NCBI RefSeq assembly: GCF_000315625.1
Contig: NW_005434594.1
Span: 118,482 to 182,481 of the forward strand
DNA: 64,000 nucleotides
Origin: Guillardia theta CCMP2712
Lineage: Eukaryota > Protista > Cryptophyta
Direction of reading: 5' to 3'
Below the pieces are notes generated by a model that did no database searches, was not told the DNA's origin, and was given only the letters and a program-made list of their open reading frames with translations. The position numbers and the translations under genes are program-made. Numbering within the stretch: the first letter of the stretch is position 1; every line of letters begins with the position of its first letter. This document shows positions 55,839 through 64,000 of the stretch, piece by piece.

Positions 55839-56420
55839 CTATGTGTTAACCAGCGCTCTTCGCTTCCTCAAGAAGTACTTCTGCGCATGCGACCGCACCT
55901 GCGCCGCCGTCCTCGTCCCAACGATGAAAGCTATCACCTCCGCAACCCCCTGCCCAAGCCCTACCCCACCCTCGTCCTCCTTGGGCTTGTAGAACCTGTC
56001 CATCGCCGCCAGGAAGCGCTCCTCCTCCTCCGGGGTCCAGGGCCTCTTGGCGGCTGGGGGCGCTCGTGGCGGTGCCGGCCTCTTGCCAGAGCCGCTGGTA
56101 TGGTCGGAGTGCAACGAGGGCATCATGGCGGCGGCTGACCCAGCTGGCATGGAGGCTGAGGAAAGGTCGGGAAGGTACTGCGGTACTATTGGAGGGCAGG
56201 AGCAAGCTTCACAGGCGCATCGGGCGAGGTTCTGGAAGTCGTGATCGAAGCTGCAGTCGAGGGGGAGGAGTTTGGATTCAGGAGCAGGGTTTTCTTGATG
56301 TATAGGTATGGGATTGGCAGGCAGGCTTGGTGTTCGGAGAAACATACGGTTCCAGAGATCAAATTCGTTCTGGTCTTCAAAGTTTTCTTGGTCACAGCAG
56401 TATAGTCTGATATCAATCAT
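55839..56420 (-). CDS. Single-repeat Myb/SANT transcription factor, SHAQKYF class (copy 1)
   Basis: KRPWTPEEEERFLAAM...GTRTAAQVRSHAQKYF; intronless; first ATG at 56420. Confidence 0.88.
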   Translation of the reverse strand: MIDIRLYCCDQENFEDQNEFDLWNRMFLRTPSLPANPIPIHQENPAPESKLLPLDCSFDHDFQNLARCACEACSCPPIVPQYLPDLSSASMPAGSAAAMMPSLHSDHTSGSGKRPAPPRAPPAAKRPWTPEEEERFLAAMDRFYKPKEDEGGVGLGQGVAEVIAFIVGTRTAAQVRSHAQKYFLRKRRALVNT

Positions 56421-57451
56421 GGATCGAATGTCAAGCAATCAGTGTTCTGCTCGATGTCCAGTGAATGTAGAGGGCGGAAAGAATGTGAAAGCTGTGCAAA
56501 GGAACAGGAGCGAGCTCGTGTGTCACCAAGGAGCAAGGAAGGTTTCGTGGAAGAATGTGAGGAGAGGGGAAGGCTATTGTAAGGACCTGATCTTGTAGTA
56601 AGAAAGGTAGTAATGATGTAAAAATTGATTGGGTGATGCAACGTTTTGGGGTTGCTGACAGTTGCTGACAAGTTTGTCAGCTTTACAATGAGCGGCGACA
56701 TTTATGATATTCGACAGGTGGGTCATACCCCCTACCCCCATATTCACTGTGTACATACGGGTCTGTGATCTATAGCCCTTAATTGTACACCTACCCTTAT
56801 CCCTGGGGCTCCTGCAGGAGCAAAGGTGAGATACTCCTGTGCAGGTGCGCGAAGACTGAGGTGGGAGGTACGTTAGGTCAGAGTCGAGAAGGGGAGAGGA
56901 AGAAGGCAAATACAGTGACTTCGGATCTGGAAGATGGGCGAGAGGATGGAAAACAGTCCAGGATGATATAGAATTGGCAGAGCTTCAGAGCAGCATCCTT
57001 GAATGTTGATGCCCCCCCCCCCCCCCCCCGGCTCTTCTCCTCCCCCTCCACCCCCCCACCTCCCTCTCCCGCCATCCTTCTTGTTTCTGCGCTATGTGTT
57101 CACCAGTATCTTTCTCGGATCCCAGTCTTCCGTTGAACCTTACTTGTATCACGATGAATTGTACGTTGGCGACGAATTGTCCAGCACATGTGAAGGAATA
57201 ATCCATGGACGCTACATACCACTCGGCATACACAATATGTAATAAAATCTTCTTACAACCAACAGGCTGTATCCAGGCAAATCCTTCAAAGCACAAAAAG
57301 GCACCGTCAGGAGTGCGAAGACTGTGAAACTAAAACGAACGAGAAGACTAAACAGATGGAAAGAAATCATTTCAATGTTATTGACACCAAGACGTTAACA
57401 AATCAGACGACCATTCCCATGCATGCAAAAACAAATCTGTCTTCCATATTC

Positions 57452-58258
57452 CTATGCAGAGCTAGCCAAAGCTCTTCGCTTCCTCAAGAAGTACTTCTGC
57501 GCATGCGACCGCACCTGCGCCGCCGTCCTCGTCCCAACGATGAAAGCTATCACCTCCGCAACCCCCTGCCCAAGCCCTACCCCACCCTCGTCCTCCTTGG
57601 GCTTGTAGAACCTGTCCATCGCCGCCAGGAAGCGCTCCTCCTCCTCCGGGGTCCAGGGCCTCTTGGCGGCTGGGGGCGCTCGTGGCGGTGCCGGCCTCTT
57701 GCCAGAGCTGCTTGCGGGAGCTGTGCTTTCTTGCTGGGTGTGATCTGATGATGCCTTGACGAGAGGAGGTCGCTGTTGCTCTCGCGCCGTGGATGGCGCG
57801 GCGGGCGCGTGCCTGCCCATCGCGCTGGTATGGTCGGAGTGCAACGAGGGCATCATGGCGGCTGCTGACCCAGCTGGCATGGAGGCTGAGGAGTAGCTGG
57901 TGAGAGAGGCCGGCTTGATATCATGGGAGAGGTCGGGAAGGTACTGCGGTACTGTTGGGAGGCAAGAGCAAGCTTCGCAGGAGCATCGGGAGAGGTTCTG
58001 GAAGTCATGATCGAAGCTGCAGTCGAGGGGGAGGAGGTTGGATTCAGGAGCCGGGTCCAGTAGATCAGGCAGGGGTATGTTGTCATATGGAACAAAATTG
58101 TTTGTTTGCCAATTGACATGAGAGGAAATATCAAACTCATCATTGGTCCATTCAAGATGGTCGAAATTATGCTGGTTATAACTGTTGTACGTGGAAAGCT
58201 TTTCCGTGGTCGTTTCTTGCTGCTTGTGCATGTAGGAGAGATTGGGTGCGATTGACAT
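57452..58258 (-). CDS. Single-repeat Myb/SANT transcription factor, SHAQKYF class (copy 2)
   Basis: Same Myb domain as copy 1; shares LLPLDCSFDHDFQNL..C.CEAC region with two insertions; first ATG at 58258. Confidence 0.9.
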   Translation of the reverse strand: MSIAPNLSYMHKQQETTTEKLSTYNSYNQHNFDHLEWTNDEFDISSHVNWQTNNFVPYDNIPLPDLLDPAPESNLLPLDCSFDHDFQNLSRCSCEACSCLPTVPQYLPDLSHDIKPASLTSYSSASMPAGSAAAMMPSLHSDHTSAMGRHAPAAPSTAREQQRPPLVKASSDHTQQESTAPASSSGKRPAPPRAPPAAKRPWTPEEEERFLAAMDRFYKPKEDEGGVGLGQGVAEVIAFIVGTRTAAQVRSHAQKYFLRKRRALASSA

Positions 58259-58931
58259 TGCCAAGATCCGTGTAACTTGAAGGATGAGCAGGGCGATAAC
58301 TCAGTGGCGGCAGGGATATGATATTCCAGGATAGCGGGAGCGTGGAGCAGGCGAGTGGAGAAAGACGTGAGGGGGGCGCTGTAGGGAGTGGAGTAGTAAT
58401 AAGGTCCGAACTCAAGGATAGGTCCAACAAGTCCCGACAAATCGGATGGACCCGGTCCTTCATATGTAAATGACCCACCCATTTGTGTATCTTCTTCAAG
58501 ACTTTTCAGTACCCCTACCCCTATCATCCTATATGTTTGCTGACAGGAGTAAATCCCTTTTCCCCGAAAAGGAACCAACTCTTCATTCTTGAGGCGGGCT
58601 TGCAGTCCTAGCATTTCTTGCGGGGCAGCATCAATTCGCAGGTTCCTGTCTCCTATTATTTGTGTTGAAAACACGAAGCGTTGTTCCTTTCATATAAGCT
58701 GACGCCAACGTGTTCCAAAAATTCTATTTTTGTACGCCTCTTCGAACAGAGGGTTAACCTTTCCAGGAACGAGAGTCGCACGCTGATTATTATTTTTAAA
58801 TCTCCTCGTGCTTCCATTTACTACCAACTTTACAACACCTTCATCTGGCCGTCGCTGAATAATTCGTGCTCCGGAACCAGGGGGGGCCCTTATACCACAA
58901 GGTGTCGCCGTAGGTGAAACGAGTATCAGAG

Positions 58932-59522
58932 ATGGCGTCTGAAAACGATCCCCTCATCGATTCAATCGAGTCCATCTTCGAACATGGTGACGACAAGCCC
59001 CAAGATGGCTCAAACACACCAAAAGCCCATGGTATAGCGTCGACCATCGACTGGGACTCACCAGAGAACTTCTATGAAGGGGGCTCTGAACCATGTTCTT
59101 GCGACGTTTGCAGGCCAAAAGAAATTGCAGGAAGAACCAGTTCTAATTCTACTGCGAGCACAACGGCAGAAAACTCATCTGAAGAGTGCCGGAAACGGAA
59201 ACGCTTGCGATTGGATGCAGTTGCAAACACCAATAATCCTTCGCAGCAAGAAGATGTCAGCGTGGACGGCAATGCAGAGGAGAAGCCAGCCTGTCAAAGG
59301 CGTCCATGGAGCCAGGAAGAACATGAACGGTTTCTATCTGCGCTCGAGAGGTTTGGAGCTCCATCGAATCTTGACCAGCATCATGGCTTCACAGTGGGGT
59401 TGGGCCACGGCGTGGCTGACATGATCTCATTTGTCGTCGGGACAAGAACCCCTGCACAGGTCAGGTCGCATGCACAAAAATATTTCTTGAAGCAACAAAG
59501 GCAGACCCAGTCTAAAGAATAA
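58932..59522 (+). CDS. Single-repeat Myb/SANT transcription factor, SHAQKYF class (copy 3, divergent)
   Basis: RRPWSQEEHERFLSALERFG...VGLGHGVADMISFVVGTRTPAQVRSHAQKYF; CSCDVC motif; basic NLS-like RKRKRLR. Confidence 0.9.
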   Translation: MASENDPLIDSIESIFEHGDDKPQDGSNTPKAHGIASTIDWDSPENFYEGGSEPCSCDVCRPKEIAGRTSSNSTASTTAENSSEECRKRKRLRLDAVANTNNPSQQEDVSVDGNAEEKPACQRRPWSQEEHERFLSALERFGAPSNLDQHHGFTVGLGHGVADMISFVVGTRTPAQVRSHAQKYFLKQQRQTQSKE

Positions 59523-60499
59523 GGCTTCTGATTGCTTCGCTCTTGCGATTTGCCCTTGTCTTCATGTAAAGTGGGTGATCATATACTGTGTGGGTGGTGT
59601 TGTAAGCTGTGTCGTGGAGAAGTGACAAATGAAGAGAATAGTCATTATCGATGGGCGTCAATCATTAAAATGAACAAGTCACAGAATGTCCTGTTTCAAC
59701 CCATAGGAGTTATCAAAATCACTCCAATTGAATTCATAATCTTGCTCGGTATATACCCTTGCTGCAGCTGGTGTAGAAGCTATCTGACAAGTGAAAGTCA
59801 AAGGCTTAGTCCTAGGTGCGGTGCGTTGATGTATCATGGCGAAGAGATGTCATCGGATGGATTTGCAAACTGCAACCCTCCCAAAATCAAGTGGTCTGTT
59901 CAGTATACTGCTGTCTGGTATACTTTGTAACCAAACACAGATCAAAGTTATTGATGATGCCTGTGCTTGGTTAGTGTGGTCTAATCTTTGGGTCTGGCAC
60001 GTGTGTGTATGGTTCCTTGTGAATATCTGGACTGATTGCTATGTGTCGTGAAAGATGTGTTCTTGTTGATCAGATCGCACTGTTGCGGCAGCTCAGTTTG
60101 ATATCCTCTGCATTATTACTGTTCAGGCTTGAGTAAACAGAGTTCAGACCAAGAACAAATATGAATTTTCCCCCTTTTTACTCAATATCAAGGAGGCTCT
60201 GTTGACTAAAAGTTCTGACCAGTACCCTCGTACCCGCGTACACAGGGGTGTAGTAAAATCTCATGGGGAAAAAAGAATATCTCCAGAGATGTCATCACTG
60301 CCGGAAATGATTGTACTGTATCTTGTTGTTGCCCCGGTAGTAAAAAAAAGATTCCCTCAAAAGGAAAGGCTTTGCTTTGCTCCTGAACGTCAGCACGGTG
60401 TCAGCTTTCAGTTCTCTACAGTTTTTACTACTGTACCAGATTCCCAACTCCTTCCTTCAAGACGCAACACCGCTCGCAGCCTGTCCAACCTCTTCCCCC

Positions 60500-61156
60500 A
60501 TGCAGAGCTCGTGGTTAGAACCCCTCGACGACGCCGTAGACTTGGAGTACCAGCGCATGCTTATCCCCTCTCTACCTGGCGTGCACCAAGACCCTGTCGG
60601 ATCCAACTCTTGCCCTGATCCCTTCTTTTCACATGCTTCGTCTTCTGACTGCGGCGAGGTGATATCACAAGGGCTGTATCGCACGCCGTCATCGCGTATC
60701 CAAGCATCCGTCGACTTTGCCGACCCACACTCAACCGACTCCTGCCTGCTAGATATCCAGCATCCCATGGTAACTTCAAGCCAAGGGCACAGCAGAGTGG
60801 ATTACAGCGGAACAGAGGAAGGAGGAGGAGCAGGGTCCTCAAGCCAGTCTTGCCATCCTGCCATGTGTCACGCAATCTCAATCGACGTTCAAGCAAAGCC
60901 CAAGAAGCCACGGCGAACCCCGTCATCTCCTAAGAGGCCCTGGACCCCGGAGGAGGAGGAGCGCTTCCTGGCGGCGATGGACAGGTTCTACAAGCCCAAG
61001 GAGGACGAGGGCGGGGTAGGGCTTGGGCAGGGGGTTGCGGAGGTGATAGCTTTCATCGTTGGGACGAGGACGGCAGCGCAGGTGCGGTCGCACGCGCAGA
61101 AGTACTTCTTGAGGAAGAGGAGGGATAGGAAGCAGGGAACTACCGGGGCATCTTGA
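60500..61156 (+). CDS. Single-repeat Myb/SANT transcription factor, SHAQKYF class (copy 4)
   Basis: Myb domain identical in protein to copies 1 and 2 but with an unrelated N-terminus; first ATG at 60500. Confidence 0.88.
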   Translation: MQSSWLEPLDDAVDLEYQRMLIPSLPGVHQDPVGSNSCPDPFFSHASSSDCGEVISQGLYRTPSSRIQASVDFADPHSTDSCLLDIQHPMVTSSQGHSRVDYSGTEEGGGAGSSSQSCHPAMCHAISIDVQAKPKKPRRTPSSPKRPWTPEEEERFLAAMDRFYKPKEDEGGVGLGQGVAEVIAFIVGTRTAAQVRSHAQKYFLRKRRDRKQGTTGAS

Positions 61157-62072
61157 TGGGTTGTACAAGTGCGTGCAGAAACTTGAAAGCTCCTTGAATC
61201 TTGCAGAAGCATTCAGGGCGTAAGAGAATCACTAAGAGCTCAATTACACCCAACGACACAGACAATCTACACTCAACTGTCATACTTTTGGGAGCTGCAA
61301 CGTGGCCGATGAAAGCTTCAACAAACATTTTGATACAAACAACAAACACTTGTATGTACAACAACAAGCAGTATGGATACATCCTCTCAAACACGCAGCA
61401 GATCAATATAAAGACGAATACGGAGACGAAAACGTGCCGAATTATGAGTGGCCATTTTCTTACTTCGTAATCTGCAGTATCCTTAATACAAGCATCTGAA
61501 GCTTGCGAAATAAAAATCACACGTACACCCATTGGCGGTATCTTGAAAGGTCTCATGGATTTCCTGATGTTTGTTGGTGGGTTGGTGATGATGATAGTCG
61601 TCTTGACATGGCATGCCTTCATGAATTTGAATGATACGTTACAAGAACTACATGACATGCTCTCATGAATTTGAATGATTCGTTGCAAGAACTACATGAC
61701 ATGCTCATGAATTTGAATGATATATGTAGCAACAACTAAGTTGTTGCCATCCCACAAACAGCTAGTCTAGGACATTTTTTATGTGGCATGCCAACCAACG
61801 GTTATACGCTTGTCAAAGTTCGGAAACGGTTTCGCTTGACGTTGGTGGAGCGGGAAGGCGAAAAGAGCAGCGGCGATGGTGAAGGAGTGATAGCAAGGCA
61901 CTCGCCAGGAGCGAAGGACAGAGATTTCTCCTCCTCCTCCTCCTCCTCCTCCTCCTCCTCCTCCTCCTCCTCCTCCTCCTCCTCCTCCTCCTCCTCCTCC
62001 TCCTCCTCCTCCTCCCACATTCGCAGCAGACCTGAAGCTTCTCGCCATTGAACCGTGACTGAATCGCAAAAG

Positions 62073-64000
62073 AATGGAGCTAATCAACTCAGTAAGGATA
62101 TTTTCCAGCTTTGACAGAAAGACGCGGCAGCTGCTGGCAAGCAAACTTAGCTCGATCTCCTTCAACGATGGGCAAACCATCGTCGAGCGAGGAAGCTTCT
62201 CAGACTCCGTCTTCTTCCTCAAGAGGGGACACACAATCCTGATGGAATGCTCTGAGAAGGGGGAGAGCCGGCCTCGATGGTGCTTCTGCCCGGGGGATTG
62301 GTTCGGAGAGATTGCCTTTGGTACTCAGAACATCAGGAAGTGGACTGTGTTGTCCTCTGGAAGCTCTTCCTGCTCTGTTCTGACTTTCTCAGATATCTCT
62401 GAATGTTTGGGAGCTCAAGGACTTGACGACAAGGTCAAGACCGGGACGTCCCTGAACCTTGTACAGGTAAGAGTTGTCTTACACTACTTTCATGGTGTTG
62501 GTGTAGTGGTCCTTAGAACCTACATTTACTGCATTCGTTTTCTTCCCTACCTGTGGTTGCCATTTTCAAAGCCGATGCTTGTTGGTGTCAATCGTGATTC
62601 TTAATAGCGTTTGTCAAAACACATTGTTGACATACAAGGTTTCCCTTTCGTTTTCATTGTTAACATACAAGATTTCTCTTTCCTTTCACGTCTCTCTACC
62701 GCCATACTGACATCTTTGCGTCTTCAAAGAGACTGAGCTCAGCCGGCACAGTGTCGTATGAGTGGTCGACAAAGGATGCGAGGGAGTTGGAGGGTCAAGT
62801 GGCAAGACATTCTGTCATAGTGACCATGGCAGCAGAGATGTTCTCTCAAAGGGCGATCAAAGACGCGATCGGCATCTTGTCCCAGACTCACGTCACTCTC
62901 CTCGACATGGTGGTAGCATGGGACGAGGTAGCAGTGATAAGTCTCCTGAAGCATCACCAGCCGCGCTTCCTGGTCCTTGATACCAGCGTCAACCCTTCGC
63001 TTGCTCACAACGTGCTGTCCTGGACCGTGAACAACCGTGGTGCTCACGACAACAACCTTGGCGTCGTCGTGCTGAGCAGGGAGATTAAGGACGAGGATAC
63101 AGAGGGAGGGATCCAGTGGTTCGGAGAGCCGCCTTGCATTCCCTTCCTCACGCTGTCGAAGCCAGTGGAGCCCGACGATATAGCGGCAGCGCTTCAAAGG
63201 ATCTCGCAAGGGTTTGTTTTGTCGAGCAAGGATCAGAAGGAAAGGAGGGAGAAGAAGGGATACAGAGATAGGAGCCGTGTGGGCGATTCCCGAGGGCACC
63301 TTCCCTCCGACAAGTCGTCGGTGGCGTCGTCGGAGACTTGGGATGATCTAAGATCTGGAAAGGAGGAGGGAGGAAGCAACGACTCTGGTCCAGCCTTGAA
63401 AGTTCACCAGCAGCAGCTCTCTCTGGAAAACGTCGGGGATGAGCACGACGAGGAGGACAGGAAACGTGGGATAGAGAGATCGAGAGCCGGAGGAGGAGGG
63501 AGAGGAGGAGGGCGAGAAGAAGCTGAGTCTCAGTTTCCAACGGCCAGTGACGTTCTGGGCATGAACGAGTGGAACTCGCTGCTAGGAGGTCGGGCCCTGA
63601 TCAAGCATCTCAAGATCAAGAGGCCGTCAGTCGTTCTCAGTGCCGACGGCCTGAACACGTCCAGGGAGTGCTTTCAGGACTTTGAGATGCTGAAGAGGTG
63701 AAACGATGGAGAACATCTCGGAGAAAGTTTTCAGTCGTGTGTGCCATATTCTATCCTTTGCCGCGTGTTTTGGATGTTTTTTCTTCAAGTTTGACTCTTA
63801 TCTCTTCTCTTTACTGATTTTTGTGTATTCTTCTTCTTCATTCATCCTTCTCTATTCCCCATTACCTCCCCTCACTTCACCTCCCCATCCTTTCTACGAT
63901 CGCATCTCCTACTTGTCCTCCTCCTTACCCTCTTCCTTCTACTCCTCATCGTTCCCCTCTCAGGTTGAAGATGAACAGGATGTCAGATCTTGCAGGCCCC
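62073..64000 (+). CDS. Partial gene: cyclic-nucleotide-binding domain followed by a response-regulator receiver-like domain; continues beyond the window
   Basis: Exon 62073-62466: VRIFSSF..FNDGQTIVERGSFSDSVFFLKRG..GDWFGEIAF..IRKWTV (cNMP). Exon ~62730-63697: QPRFLVLD, VVVLS, LSKPVEPDDIAAAL (REC beta3/beta4/beta5). Next exon starts at 63964. A first exon near 61788 is possible. Confidence 0.75.

Noticed and set aside
57853-58674. 273-aa minus-strand ORF overlapping Myb copy 2
   Set aside because: Non-ATG start, alternative frame over the promoter and Myb N-terminus, no recognisable domain.

Overview
Eukaryotic draft-genome DNA with several N gaps, many short GT-AG introns and introns swollen by microsatellites. 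Two nuclear genes carry bipartite signal-peptide + 'A-x-A/G|F' plastid-targeting leaders and there is a flagellar CFAP57, so the source is inferred to be a flagellate alga with a red-algal-derived complex plastid (cryptophyte-like, e.g. Guillardia; not verified). Genes in order: 3' part of a protein with peptidoglycan-binding-like repeats; a weakly supported minus-strand hypothetical gene; a 6-exon, 1039-aa single-pass receptor joining a Venus-flytrap (ANF-receptor/class C GPCR-type) ectodomain to a cytoplasmic RelA/SpoT-synthetase-like domain (the top finding); a divergent metallophosphoesterase; a thylakoid-lumen protein; an inverted duplicated small-ORF pair; LRRC40-like; a plastid-targeted membrane protein; CFAP57; a pectin-acetylesterase/Notum-like probable pseudoenzyme; a TRPM-like channel with an apparent frameshift; a mitochondrial-type glutamate 5-kinase with a PUA domain; a ~4.8-kb segment bounded by inverted repeats containing an LTR-retrotransposon fragment; four intronless SHAQKYF Myb genes; and the 5' part of a cNMP-binding + receiver-domain protein. 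Most long low-complexity ORFs in the supplied track are microsatellite artefacts. All exon models were built by eye; no database searches were run.
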